Position numbers and translations under genes: made by a program. This document shows, in pieces, positions 37,467-47,804 of a stretch of DNA of 64,000 nucleotides (its first letter is position 1; every line of letters starts with the position of its first letter). The DNA comes from Candidatus Latescibacterota bacterium (lineage in GTDB: Bacteria > Latescibacterota > UBA2968 > UBA8231), in the NCBI GenBank assembly GCA_965261395.1, contig OZ253462.1, positions 160,001-224,000 of the forward strand, read 5' to 3'. The notes below the pieces were generated by a model. That model was not told the DNA's origin. It ran no database searches and saw only the letters and a list, made by a program, of their open reading frames with translations.

Positions 37467-39215
37467 ATGCGATATGGAAGCCAAACGCGGATTTGGTGCT
37501 CTTTGCTTTGTTGCGCTTTGCTCTTAGCGTGCGGTGGTGCCGAAGACCAAGCGGGACAAGAGCCGAGTGTGCGACAAGTCCCGCGCGACCGGACGCTGAT
37601 CCTCGGGCTGACCCAGATGCTGGACTACGACGCCTTCAACCCCTTTATCCCCGGCACGGGGTCTGCGACCGGATCTAACTTTCTCTTCGAGCCGCTCTAT
37701 TACTACAATGCCTATAGCGAAGAAAACAACCTCATCTCCTGGATCGCGGAGAGCCACCAATACAACGAAGATTACACCGAAGTCACCATCAAGATCCGCG
37801 CTGGGGTCCAGTGGAGCGACGGCATGCCGTGGACGGCGCGCGACTTGGTCTTCACCATTAATATGCTCAAGGCTCATGCGCCGGAACTGCTGCTGTCCAC
37901 CGATATGCAAACCTGGGTCGCCGAGGCGGTGGCCGTGGACGAGTTGACGGCGCGCATCACACTGCGGGCATCCAATCCAAGATTTCTGTTTTCGTACTTC
38001 ACCGATTGTTTCGGCAATGGGGTCCGCATCGTCCCCGAGCACATCTGGAAAGACCAAGACCCCAAGACCTTCAAAAACCTCGACCTAGCCAAGGACTGGC
38101 CGGTGGTCAGCGGGCCTTATCGCCTGGCGATTACCGCTCCCGAACAGCGAGTTTGGGATCTGCGGCCGGACTGGTGGGCGGCTGGCTTGGGGTTCCAGAG
38201 ACTACCCAAGGTGGAGCGCATCATCTATCTGCCCTTCGGCAGTGAAGCCAAGTGGGCTCAGCAACTCTTGGCCAACGAGATTGATTCGAGCATCGACTTG
38301 CGCCCCGTCAATATCAAGACCGTTCTCGAACAAAACCCCAATATCTCCACTTGGACAGGCAGAGAAGCACCGTACGGCTATCTGGATTGGTGGCCGCTGT
38401 CGCTGGGTTTCAACAATCTCGAAGAACCCTTCAGCGATTCGGAGATTCGCTGGGCCATCAACTACGCGATCAATCGCGCCCAAGTAATTGACGTCGGTTG
38501 GCAAGGGGCGGGCACGTTCACGCTGCATCCCTATCCCGAATTTCCCCCGCTGATGCGCTATCTCGACCAGATCCAAGATCTTTTCGCCCAATACCAATTG
38601 AACACCTACGATCCAGCCCGCACGGCGGAGATCATGCAGCGCAAGGGATGGCACAAGGACGAGGACGGGTTTTGGAGCAAGAACGGGACGCGCTTCAAGA
38701 TAGTGGTCGATGTCTTCCCCAACCTCTTCCAAGACTTCACGCCGGTGCTGATCGAACAATTGCGCCAAGCCGGTTTTGACGCCAGCTTCCGCGCCACCAA
38801 CGACGCCTATACCCGCATGACCCAAGGCACGGCTCGCGCCTTTGTGGTGGGACACGCGGCTTCGGTGCGAGATCCTTACTTCACCTTGCGCCTCTACCAT
38901 AGTCGCTTCGTGCAGCCGACGGGCACCTCAGCCGAGCACTTCTGGCGCTGGAAAAATGAGGAATTCGACGCGATCGTCGATCGCATGGCAGAGGTCGCCC
39001 CGGAAGACCCAGAGCTAGTCGCGCTCTTCCGCCGGGCGATGGATATCTGGTTGCGCGAACTGCCTTCGATCCCGTTAATCCAGTGGTATCACCGGATTCC
39101 CCACAACGAGACCTATTGGAAAAACTGGCCCACGGCTGAAAACCCCTACGTCAACAGCGCCTACTGGCACCGCACCTGGCTGCTCGTTTTACTTAATTTA
39201 GAACCCACACAATAA
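37467..39215 (+). CDS. ABC transporter substrate-binding lipoprotein (family 5)
   Basis: LLAC lipobox, WSDGMPWTARD, VSGPY and IRWAINYAINR. Confidence 0.88.
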   Translation: MRYGSQTRIWCSLLCCALLLACGGAEDQAGQEPSVRQVPRDRTLILGLTQMLDYDAFNPFIPGTGSATGSNFLFEPLYYYNAYSEENNLISWIAESHQYNEDYTEVTIKIRAGVQWSDGMPWTARDLVFTINMLKAHAPELLLSTDMQTWVAEAVAVDELTARITLRASNPRFLFSYFTDCFGNGVRIVPEHIWKDQDPKTFKNLDLAKDWPVVSGPYRLAITAPEQRVWDLRPDWWAAGLGFQRLPKVERIIYLPFGSEAKWAQQLLANEIDSSIDLRPVNIKTVLEQNPNISTWTGREAPYGYLDWWPLSLGFNNLEEPFSDSEIRWAINYAINRAQVIDVGWQGAGTFTLHPYPEFPPLMRYLDQIQDLFAQYQLNTYDPARTAEIMQRKGWHKDEDGFWSKNGTRFKIVVDVFPNLFQDFTPVLIEQLRQAGFDASFRATNDAYTRMTQGTARAFVVGHAASVRDPYFTLRLYHSRFVQPTGTSAEHFWRWKNEEFDAIVDRMAEVAPEDPELVALFRRAMDIWLRELPSIPLIQWYHRIPHNETYWKNWPTAENPYVNSAYWHRTWLLVLLNLEPTQ

Positions 39216-39259
39216 GGCATGGATGTTCAAATCGACTCCATACCAACGAAAGGAATCCC

Positions 39260-40330
39260 ATGAAGAAATCCGATCCATTTGAAAAAGGCCTCGCAGCCGG
39301 TGAGGCCGCGGCTTCTGCCGCCGGAGGCGCATCACCAACATCGGCGAACGGCGGGCGCATGTATGTGCGCACACAGAGTTTTGGGACAACCGATGCCGAG
39401 TTGCGCTTTTTGCAGCGCTGTGGCGTGCGCCACAAGGCCGCCACCTTTCCCTTCCACCCCGACCGAGGCTGGGATCTCGACGAGTTGGTCCGGGAAAGAG
39501 AGCACCACGAGGCCTTCGGGCTGACACTGGATATGAGCGCGCTACCCATATATGAGAGATTTCCCAACATCATCTATTTTGGCAAAAGCCCGGAGCGCGA
39601 CCGGGAAATCGATCTCGTATGCGAAATGATCCGAACCGCTTCGCGCGCCGGCATCAATTCTCTGCGCTATAACACTTGCGTCCTGTCCATCGACCGTACC
39701 GAACGAGAAGAAGGTCGCGGCGGCTACTACCACACTGCGTTCCGCCTGGACAAGGTCCCGGCAGAAGAACAGGCCAGGCTGACTGAGGCCGGGCGCGTCA
39801 CGGCAGACATGCACTGGGAACGAATTGAGTATCTGCTCGAACGCATGATTCCGGTGGCAGAAGAATTCAAGGTTCGAATGGGCAATTCTCAGGAAGACCC
39901 TGCCACACCCCTCGGTTATAAGGGCGTTGACAAAGTCCTCAATGAATTTGAGGGCATGAAGCGTTTCATTGAGATTCAGCGCAGCCCGTATCACGGCTGG
40001 AACTTCTGCGTCGGCTCCGTCGCTGAAGGGCTCGAAGATCCGGCCAATGAAATCTACCCCATCGTAGAATACTTTGGCAGCCGCAATACGATCTTCCTCG
40101 TTCACTATCGCAACCTCCTCGGGGGGCGCTACAGCTTCCGCGAGGCTCTGCCCGATGAAGGAGATATGGACTTCCACCGGGTATTAAAAGCCCTCAAGGA
40201 CACAGGCTACTGTTACGGCATTGATCCCGACCACGTCCCGCGCACCGACGACGATCCGCAGGGCTACTATCAGTCCTATGCTTACTGCTTCGGCTACATC
40301 AATGCCATGATTCAGGCGGTCTACGGTTAA
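39260..40330 (+). CDS. Mannonate dehydratase (UxuA)-like TIM barrel
   Basis: MIPVAEEFKVRM, NFCVGS, HYRN, DEGDMD and PDHVP; SQEDP replaces the canonical HPDDP. Confidence 0.75.
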   Translation: MKKSDPFEKGLAAGEAAASAAGGASPTSANGGRMYVRTQSFGTTDAELRFLQRCGVRHKAATFPFHPDRGWDLDELVREREHHEAFGLTLDMSALPIYERFPNIIYFGKSPERDREIDLVCEMIRTASRAGINSLRYNTCVLSIDRTEREEGRGGYYHTAFRLDKVPAEEQARLTEAGRVTADMHWERIEYLLERMIPVAEEFKVRMGNSQEDPATPLGYKGVDKVLNEFEGMKRFIEIQRSPYHGWNFCVGSVAEGLEDPANEIYPIVEYFGSRNTIFLVHYRNLLGGRYSFREALPDEGDMDFHRVLKALKDTGYCYGIDPDHVPRTDDDPQGYYQSYAYCFGYINAMIQAVYG

Positions 40331-40358
40331 TCCATAGGTAGGTGGTAATGGTTCAGAT

Positions 40359-41771
40359 ATGAAGAACATCAATCGACCCAACATCGTCTTCATCCTCAGC
40401 GACGACCAAGGCCCTTGGGCCGCCGGCTGTTATGGCAACACAGAAATCCGCACCCCGGCAATCGACCGCATCGCCCAGACCGGCATGCGCTTTGACAATT
40501 TCTTCGTCGCCACTCCAGTCTGTTCGCCAAGCCGCGCGACTTTTTTGACCGGGCGGATACCCTCGCAGCACGGGGTCCACGACTGGATCCGAGAGGGCAA
40601 TGTCGGCGCGTCCGCAGCCGCTTATCTCGCAGGCGAGGTGGCTTATACCGACATCCTCGCTGACAATGGCTGGGTCTGCGGGCTAAGCGGCAAGTGGCAC
40701 CTCGGGCACAGCCAACTCGCGCAGCACGGCTTTTCGCATTGGTACGTACATCAGCAGGGCGGCGGGCCGTACAACGACGCACCCATGATCCGCGACGGCG
40801 AGCTGATCACCGAGCCGGGCTACGTGACAACGGCGATCACCGACGACGCGCTGGCGTTTATCGATCGGCATGCCGACAGTGACTCACCCTTTTACCTAGG
40901 CGTCCACTACACCGCGCCGCATAGTCCGTGGACTGGCCACCCACAGGAAATCGTCGATTCCTATGACGACTGCGCGTTCGACTCCTGCCCGCAGGAGGAA
41001 ATTCACCCTTGGGCGGTGGGCCACCCGCTGAGCGAAAACTGCTTGGGCAACCGCGAGATGCTCAAGGGCTATTTCGCGGCGGTGACGGCCATGGACCGCG
41101 ACATCGGGCGAATCATCGACAAGCTAAAAGAAAAGGGTCTACGCGAGGACACGCTCGTTGTCTTCGTCAGCGACAATGGCTTTAGCTGCGGCCACCACGG
41201 CTTTTGGGGCAAAGGCAACGGCACCTATCCGCCAAACATGTACGAGAACTCGATCAAGGTGCCCTTCGTCATCAGCCACCCCGGCCGCATACCTGCGGGG
41301 AGCGTCCAAACGGCTATGGTCAGCGCCTACGACTTTATGCCGACCTTGCTCGACTATCTAGGACTGCCGCTGCCCAAGGACCTCGACTGGCCCGGACAAA
41401 GCGCGCTGCCGCTATTGTTAGGAGCAGACGACACCGGTCGGCAGGAAGTCGTCATCTACGACGAGTACGGGGCGACGCGGATGATGCGCACCGAGGAATG
41501 GAAATACGTTCACCGCTATCCAGATGGACCGCACGAACTCTACGACCTAGCCAACGATCCGGCCGAGCGCGCCAATCTGGTGGACGATCCCGGCCAAGCG
41601 GAGCGAATCGGCGACCTAAAGCAGCGACTAGAGGAGTGGTACGAACGCTACGTAGTGCCCGATCGCGACGGTCGCAATTTCGCGGTGACGGGCAAGGGAC
41701 AGCTCAGACCGGTGGGCGGTCAGTGGGAAGACGGCACCACTCAGCGTCCCCAACCTTTCGCTCAGGGGTAG
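40359..41771 (+). CDS. Sulfatase (formylglycine-dependent)
   Basis: PNIVFILSDD, CSPSRATFLTG, GKWHLG, SDNG and ELYDLANDP. Confidence 0.93.
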   Translation: MKNINRPNIVFILSDDQGPWAAGCYGNTEIRTPAIDRIAQTGMRFDNFFVATPVCSPSRATFLTGRIPSQHGVHDWIREGNVGASAAAYLAGEVAYTDILADNGWVCGLSGKWHLGHSQLAQHGFSHWYVHQQGGGPYNDAPMIRDGELITEPGYVTTAITDDALAFIDRHADSDSPFYLGVHYTAPHSPWTGHPQEIVDSYDDCAFDSCPQEEIHPWAVGHPLSENCLGNREMLKGYFAAVTAMDRDIGRIIDKLKEKGLREDTLVVFVSDNGFSCGHHGFWGKGNGTYPPNMYENSIKVPFVISHPGRIPAGSVQTAMVSAYDFMPTLLDYLGLPLPKDLDWPGQSALPLLLGADDTGRQEVVIYDEYGATRMMRTEEWKYVHRYPDGPHELYDLANDPAERANLVDDPGQAERIGDLKQRLEEWYERYVVPDRDGRNFAVTGKGQLRPVGGQWEDGTTQRPQPFAQG

Positions 41772-41794
41772 CTAGTGGCAGGTGTGGCACGCGC

Positions 41795-42640
41795 TCACTC
41801 CGGCAACACACTCCGCGCCGGCACAAATCCCAACTCCGCTTTAATCCGCGCAATATCATACACCGGATCCCGCTCGTGCCCCGCCCGCTCATAATGCGCC
41901 ATGTCGATCTCCTCAGCATCCGCCCCATACCAAATCCGCATCAACTCCGGCACCGTACAGGCCACACAGGCCTGCGTTCCCACCGCGTTCAAAATCCGCA
42001 CCCCCGCCTTGTGCGCGCTCTCGGCCGCCAGCCGGAAGCACCGCACCGCATCGCTCAAATACATACACGAAATCGCCCCCATCCCCCACGGTCCCACCGG
42101 CCCCGGCTGCCGTGGCGCAGGCACCCTGTCCTCGGGCCAAATCGAAGCCAGCCTAATATTGATGAAGTCTAGGTCCTCCCGCTGCCGCGCCAGATAGCGG
42201 GTCGTCTCCTCCATCATGTATTTGGAAAAACCGTAGCCATCGCGGTCGAGACACGGATGCTCATCCGACATCGGCAGTTCAAGCGGCCGAAAATGCACCG
42301 ACTGCATCCCGACTGCCGCAATCGACGAGGCCAATGCGAATTTGCCGCAACCCCGATCGATCAGATAGCGCAACAAGCCGTAGGTCCCCATGACATTGGC
42401 CCGCATGAGATCCGCTTCGGCGCCCGCGCCCGTCACCGCCCCCAGATGGACCAGCGCGTCGAAGTCCCACCGGTCCAACTGGTGCAGATCCTCCACCCGC
42501 GAAAAGTCTCCAACCACCACCGCCACCCCCGCGACCTCCGTCGGCTGGCGCGACAGACAGACCACCTCGTGGTCCGCCGCCATATCCGCGGCCAACGCCC
42601 GGCCGATAAAACCGCTAGTCCCCGTAATCAATACGCGCAT
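41795..42640 (-). CDS. NAD-dependent epimerase/dehydratase
   Basis: ITGTSGFIG and YGFSK. Confidence 0.88.
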   Translation of the reverse strand: MRVLITGTSGFIGRALAADMAADHEVVCLSRQPTEVAGVAVVVGDFSRVEDLHQLDRWDFDALVHLGAVTGAGAEADLMRANVMGTYGLLRYLIDRGCGKFALASSIAAVGMQSVHFRPLELPMSDEHPCLDRDGYGFSKYMMEETTRYLARQREDLDFINIRLASIWPEDRVPAPRQPGPVGPWGMGAISCMYLSDAVRCFRLAAESAHKAGVRILNAVGTQACVACTVPELMRIWYGADAEEIDMAHYERAGHERDPVYDIARIKAELGFVPARSVLPE

Positions 42641-42641
42641 C

Positions 42642-44213
42642 TCAACCTCCCGGCGGGGCGATCCGCTCCCGCCCTAAGCCTTCGGGACGCACAAAATCCT
42701 TGTAGCGCACCAAAATTTCCGCCCCATTAATGCTGCGGGCAAAACCCGCGCGCGCCTCCAGTTTCTTCACCTCGATCTCCACCCGATTGGCCCCGCGCCT
42801 TATTTCCTCCGCTGCTATACGAAAACGGAACCAGTGCGCTGAAAAACCCAACGGGGCCTGCACCGCCATACTGCCGGCGAGCTGAACGGGAATGGTCAGC
42901 GCGCGCTCGTCGCTGATTTCGGCTTCGGCGCGAGGCAAGACCCGACCGTTAAAGCGCATCTCGATCTCGTCCTCAATGCAGAAAAAGGCAAAGCGCAGCG
43001 TCAAAATGGCCGGGCGCATCTCGCCATCGCGCCGGGCGCTCTCCACATCGTCGGCCACCCATATATCGAGCGCGACCGTCTCGCCCTCCAAGAGCTGTTC
43101 CGGCACTTGGCGCTCCGGCGTAGAAGTCTCCTCACCCAACACTCCCTCGCGCGGCTGTAACAAGTAGCGCTTGTCGCGCCGGGCGTGTACCTGCGGATAG
43201 GCCACCTCGCGCAGGATCTGGTACTCGCGCTCTGCAAAGGGCCAAGGCATATAGCCCAAATACATCCCGGCGTAGCCCTGCCAAGCGAGGGTCTGGCTAA
43301 GGGCGCGGTACATCTCAATGCTCGGCAACCCCACCCGCTCGTCGTAGATCCGCCGCGGCGGCCGGTAATACGCCGCACCGCCAGCATTCTCGGCCACTTC
43401 GGCCAACCACGGCGCCTGAATGCCTGGATCAACCAGCGCGTTCTCGTCCTGGCCGACGACCCAGTCGAGGCTGCCGGCCCGCAGCCAAGCCGCCACATCC
43501 AGCCCCACCGCGAGGTTGTCTTCCTCGTGTAGATGCACCCGCGCCATCAGCGGAATTTGGCGGCCCTGCCGCGCGCCGATTTCCTCGGCCAACGCCCGCA
43601 CCTTGGCCACGAACCCATTCATCAGCGGGATATTATTTTCGACATCGTCCTGCTTGAAATAGAAGTTGTCAAAGCAAAAATCCAGTTCCAGCCCATCGGC
43701 CCGGTAGCCTTCCAGCACCTCGCCGATGATGGCTAGCCTGTCCTCCTGCACGGCCTCTTGCGCGTAGTCGTAACACCACTCGGCCCGGCCGGCGTCACCA
43801 ATGCACACCGCGGCCCCGCACTGTTCCTTGAGCCGCCCCGAGCGCTCGCCTCCCGGGCGGGCAGAGTCCTGTAGCTTTAGGCTGGGAAAGACCTGCAACC
43901 CCGTCTCCCGGCCGCGCTCAATGACGGCCCGCAGTTGGTCGGTGCCCAGCTCCTTGGCCACCTCGACCATCCGCATGATCCGCCAGTCGATGTAGTTTTC
44001 CCACACTTCTTTTTCCTGCCCCACCACGCGGGCGACCTCACTCTGGTGAAAGAAGACGTCGCTATAACCCAATCCCAAAACCAGCAGATCCACGCCCGTG
44101 CCCAGCACCTCATCTACCGGCCAGTGCAGAAGGTGGCGGCTGGCCGGTGGTTCGAGTCGCTTGGCGTGAAAGTGGTGTGCGTCGTTGTAATGGATCAAAC
44201 GAGGGCGGTCCAT
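42642..44213 (-). CDS. Hypothetical protein, glycoside-hydrolase-like TIM barrel (GHL10-like)
   Basis: HYNDA and YRADGLELDF, with a C-terminal beta-sandwich (GANRVEI). Confidence 0.6.
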   Translation of the reverse strand: MDRPRLIHYNDAHHFHAKRLEPPASRHLLHWPVDEVLGTGVDLLVLGLGYSDVFFHQSEVARVVGQEKEVWENYIDWRIMRMVEVAKELGTDQLRAVIERGRETGLQVFPSLKLQDSARPGGERSGRLKEQCGAAVCIGDAGRAEWCYDYAQEAVQEDRLAIIGEVLEGYRADGLELDFCFDNFYFKQDDVENNIPLMNGFVAKVRALAEEIGARQGRQIPLMARVHLHEEDNLAVGLDVAAWLRAGSLDWVVGQDENALVDPGIQAPWLAEVAENAGGAAYYRPPRRIYDERVGLPSIEMYRALSQTLAWQGYAGMYLGYMPWPFAEREYQILREVAYPQVHARRDKRYLLQPREGVLGEETSTPERQVPEQLLEGETVALDIWVADDVESARRDGEMRPAILTLRFAFFCIEDEIEMRFNGRVLPRAEAEISDERALTIPVQLAGSMAVQAPLGFSAHWFRFRIAAEEIRRGANRVEIEVKKLEARAGFARSINGAEILVRYKDFVRPEGLGRERIAPPGG

Positions 44214-44264
44214 GGTTAAGCTCCTATTTCGCAGTGCAGTGCCATCATAGTGGTTGCGTACACC

Positions 44265-45380
44265 TTAGTCCTTCTTATGGGACAAAACCTGATCCATGTA
44301 CTTTTCGCGGCCAAAGATCGGCTTCTTGTTGTACATCCGCGAGGGGTTGGGAATGAGGCGCAGGCTGCGGTCGGCCAGCGGCAGCGCCACGGGCGCACAG
44401 CCCCGCCGGTGCGACTCGCGCACCGCAATGGCCATTTCGAGGACCTTGACGCCGTTCTCGCCGCTGCCGGGCGGGTCCTCGCCCCGCTCCAGTGCGTCGA
44501 TAATGGCCTTGCAGCTAGCCACGTTGCGGTCCCCGGGCCAGCGCCAGCCCTCGGCGTCGTACCCGCGCGTTGCGCCATAGATCGGCCCTTCCGGCAAGAC
44601 GCCCTCGATCTTTTCCAACTTCTCCCAGCTCGCCCCATCGCCTTCGACATACCGGTACAAGCCTACGAGATTGTCGTCTGAATAGAAGATCCCATCCTCA
44701 CAGGCTACCTCGTAGCCGCGACCGCGTGCATCCTTATCCCGGTAGGTAAACGCCTCGACCCCATTGGTGAAGCGCACGTATCCGGCTCCGCCTTGGTCGT
44801 GGTCGCTCAGGGGATCGTCGCTGACCCAACCCGACACCCACGCCACCTCAGCGCACCCAGCGAAGTGGCGCATCAGCGTAAAGCGCTGGCAGCCACCACC
44901 CGACATCTCCGTGCCCGACCCGCCGAGCAACGTGATGCGCTTGACCGCCCCCAGTTCGCCCGCGCCAATGAATTCCAGGGCCTTTTGATAAGCCGGCAGA
45001 TTGACGTCCAAGTCGCCCGCGCCAAAGGAGATGCGCCGGCGCTTGCACTCGGCGACCATGCGGTCGGCCTCTGCGAGTGAGGCCGCGATCGGCTTTTCGC
45101 AGAGAATGGCCTTAACCCCGGCTTGAGCGCAGGCGATGACGACCTCCGGGTTGACGCTGACCGGCAAAATCGGCGCGGCAATGTCGAGCGCCTCTTTTTC
45201 TAGCATCTGTCGATAATCGGCATAGCCGGGCACGCCCGTGCGTTTTTGGAACAACGCCAAATTCTCCGGGTCTCCATCTGCCACGGCTACCAACTCAGTG
45301 CGCTCGTCGAGCATATAGGCGCGCGCGTGCTGCGTGCCTTTGCGCCCGGCCCCGATCAACCCCACGCGATATTTAGCCAT
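44265..45380 (-). CDS. Gfo/Idh/MocA family oxidoreductase
   Basis: VGLIGAG and ILCEKP; AAGGAGG RBS before ATG 45380. Confidence 0.88.
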   Translation of the reverse strand: MAKYRVGLIGAGRKGTQHARAYMLDERTELVAVADGDPENLALFQKRTGVPGYADYRQMLEKEALDIAAPILPVSVNPEVVIACAQAGVKAILCEKPIAASLAEADRMVAECKRRRISFGAGDLDVNLPAYQKALEFIGAGELGAVKRITLLGGSGTEMSGGGCQRFTLMRHFAGCAEVAWVSGWVSDDPLSDHDQGGAGYVRFTNGVEAFTYRDKDARGRGYEVACEDGIFYSDDNLVGLYRYVEGDGASWEKLEKIEGVLPEGPIYGATRGYDAEGWRWPGDRNVASCKAIIDALERGEDPPGSGENGVKVLEMAIAVRESHRRGCAPVALPLADRSLRLIPNPSRMYNKKPIFGREKYMDQVLSHKKD

Positions 45381-45458
45381 CTCGAAACCCTCCTTATTAT
45401 GTATAGCAACCCTGAATAACTTGAACAATTCAAGATACGGACGTCTTGTGAATACTAT

Positions 45459-45485
45459 TCTGCGTCCATCTGCGTCCATCTGCGG
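45459..45485. repeat. Short 10-bp tandem repeat (TCTGCGTCCA, about 2.7 copies)
   Basis: TCTGCGTCCATCTGCGTCCATCTGCGG in the intergenic space. Confidence 0.6.
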
Positions 45486-45491
45486 ATCTCG

Positions 45492-46655
45492 TCAGCCACT
45501 CCGACCCGCCCGCACCCACAACAACCCTAGCGTCACCGCCGCCATCACCAAAAAGGGCACCGCCAAGTGATTGAGCCGGTCCCAACCCAACATCCCCTCC
45601 AAAGGCGCCGCTCCGAAACTGGTCAACACCATCAGGCCAAAGACCAGAAAGTCATTGCAGGACTGCACCCGCGCCTTTTCCTCGGGCCGGTGCGTCGTCG
45701 CCAAAAGCGAAGTGGACCCTACGAAAAGAAAATTCCACCCCACGCCCAATAGCGCCAACCCGGTCGTGTAGTGATAGAGCCCGATACCGCTCAAATTGAC
45801 CGCAATGGAGCACCCAAGTAATGCGATGCCAGTGAACATGATCCGGTGCTCGCCCCAACGCAAGATCAGGTGCCCGGTAAAAAAAGACGGCACGAACATG
45901 CCCAGCACATGCCACTGAATCACCCAAGCCGTATCGGCGAAGGAATGCAAATGCCGTTTCATCGCCAGCGGCGTGGCATTCATCAACAGCGACATCAGCC
46001 CCCAAGCAGCCACCGCCCCAACCACCGCCAGCGCGAAATCCGACTGCCGGGCGATCTCCCTGAGCGAACGCCCGCCCGCCCGTTGCTCCTCGGCGCTAGG
46101 CGCGGGAAAGGAGACAAAGCAGAGCACCAGCAAAACCAGCGCATGAACAACGGCAATCCCCAAAAAAGAGCCAGCGAATAGATAGTCGGAAAACCACTCC
46201 CGCGACCACGCCGCCAGATTGGAGCCTGATACCGCGGCAACGACGCCCCCGGCCATCACCAGCGAAATGGCGCGACTGCGAAAATCCTCGGCCACAACCT
46301 CGCCGGCGGCAAAGCGATAATAGGTGGCAAAGCCATTGACCGCACCAATGCCCAAGCCACCCAAACAAAGCAGCGCGAAATTGCCCTGGTACACAGCCAG
46401 ACACCCCACCGCGCCCCCGACGACGCCCAACGCGGCACCCAGCGCGAAACCCAGCTTGCGGCCCCGCCGCTGCATTAGCTGCGCTGCGGGCACCGTCATC
46501 AGCATCGTGGCTACCGGTGCCAGTGCCAGCGGCAGAGTCGCCAGCGCGGGATTTGGCGTCAACCGCTGGCCGACGAGCGCCATGCTCGACAGCATGACGA
46601 TACTGGCGGTGCGCGAGAGAGCCTCGCACAAAAAGAGCAGCGAAAGATTTTTCAA
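45492..46655 (-). CDS. MFS transporter
   Basis: About 12 hydrophobic helices; YRFAA, VIQWHVLGMFVPSFFTG and GVGWNF. Confidence 0.9.
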   Translation of the reverse strand: MKNLSLLFLCEALSRTASIVMLSSMALVGQRLTPNPALATLPLALAPVATMLMTVPAAQLMQRRGRKLGFALGAALGVVGGAVGCLAVYQGNFALLCLGGLGIGAVNGFATYYRFAAGEVVAEDFRSRAISLVMAGGVVAAVSGSNLAAWSREWFSDYLFAGSFLGIAVVHALVLLVLCFVSFPAPSAEEQRAGGRSLREIARQSDFALAVVGAVAAWGLMSLLMNATPLAMKRHLHSFADTAWVIQWHVLGMFVPSFFTGHLILRWGEHRIMFTGIALLGCSIAVNLSGIGLYHYTTGLALLGVGWNFLFVGSTSLLATTHRPEEKARVQSCNDFLVFGLMVLTSFGAAPLEGMLGWDRLNHLAVPFLVMAAVTLGLLWVRAGRSG

Positions 46656-46688
46656 ATTAGCCCGGCCAGTCGGCCCCGCCGTTTATTA

Positions 46689-47747
46689 TTATTTTTCTCG
46701 CCGCGTCCCCACCGCCGCCGCCAACTCCTCCAACACCTCCACCGTATCCTCCCACCCAATACAGGCATCCGTAATGCTCTGCCCGTAAACCAACTCACTA
46801 CCCGCCTGCTGTTTCTGATTACCTTCGACCAAGTGGCTCTCCAACATCACCCCAAAAATATCCTGTGCCCCCCCCGCCACCTGTGCGGCAACCGCGCGTA
46901 CAACCGCCGGCTGGCGCTTGTGATCCTTGGCGCTGTTGCCATGGCTACAATCGATCATGATGCGATGCGGCAAGTTCGCTTTCTTGAGCTGGGCCACGGC
47001 CGCATCGACGCTGGCGTGATCGTAGTTGGTGCCGTCGCTGCCGCCGCGCAAAATCAAATGACAGCTCGCATTGCCCGCAGTCCCGACAATCGCCGCAATG
47101 CCCTGCTTGGTCACCGAGAGAAAGTGATGCGGGTGCCGGGCGGCACCGATGGCGTCGAGGGCGATCTGCACATGGCCTGCGGTCCCGTTCTTGAACCCAA
47201 CGGGCATCGACAGGCCCGAAGCCAATTCGCGGTGAACCTGACTTTCGGTAGTACGAGCACCAATGGCACCCCAGGAAATCAGGTCGGCGATAAATTGCGG
47301 CGTGATGGTATCGAGGAATTCGGAACCGGCCGGCAAGCCCATATCCCCCAACTGCACCAGCAAGCCGCGCGCAGCGCGCAAGCCGCTGTTGATGGCAAAG
47401 CTGTCGTCCAAGTGCGGGTCGTTGATCAACCCCTTCCAGCCGACGGTCGTGCGCGGCTTCTCGAAGTACACGCGCATCACCACGTACAATTCGTCGCTTA
47501 GAGCCGCAGCCTTTTTCTTGAGCCGTTCCGCGTATTCGAGCGCGGCTTGAGGGTCGTGGATCGAACACGGCCCGACCACCACCACCAACCGGTCGTCCTC
47601 TCCGGCTAGTATGGCGTCCAATGTGCGCCGAGCCGCGGCCACGGTGTGGGAGGCCGCTTCTGAAATGGGCAACTCTTCCATCAGAATCGCCGGCGGGATC
47701 AGCGGTTTGAGTTGGGCAATGCGCAGATCGTCAGTTGATTCGAACAA
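46689..47747 (-). CDS. aroG: 3-deoxy-7-phosphoheptulonate (DAHP) synthase, class I
   Basis: GPCSIHD, YFEKPRTTVGWKG, IGARTTESQ, DCSHGNS and SITDAC; isoenzyme (aroF/G/H) not resolvable. Confidence 0.9.
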   Translation of the reverse strand: MFESTDDLRIAQLKPLIPPAILMEELPISEAASHTVAAARRTLDAILAGEDDRLVVVVGPCSIHDPQAALEYAERLKKKAAALSDELYVVMRVYFEKPRTTVGWKGLINDPHLDDSFAINSGLRAARGLLVQLGDMGLPAGSEFLDTITPQFIADLISWGAIGARTTESQVHRELASGLSMPVGFKNGTAGHVQIALDAIGAARHPHHFLSVTKQGIAAIVGTAGNASCHLILRGGSDGTNYDHASVDAAVAQLKKANLPHRIMIDCSHGNSAKDHKRQPAVVRAVAAQVAGGAQDIFGVMLESHLVEGNQKQQAGSELVYGQSITDACIGWEDTVEVLEELAAAVGTRREK

Positions 47748-47804
47748 GTCTTTCTACTCCTTTAGTAGCAGTTATAAATTCTTATCGTCTAAACACTATT
47801 CACC

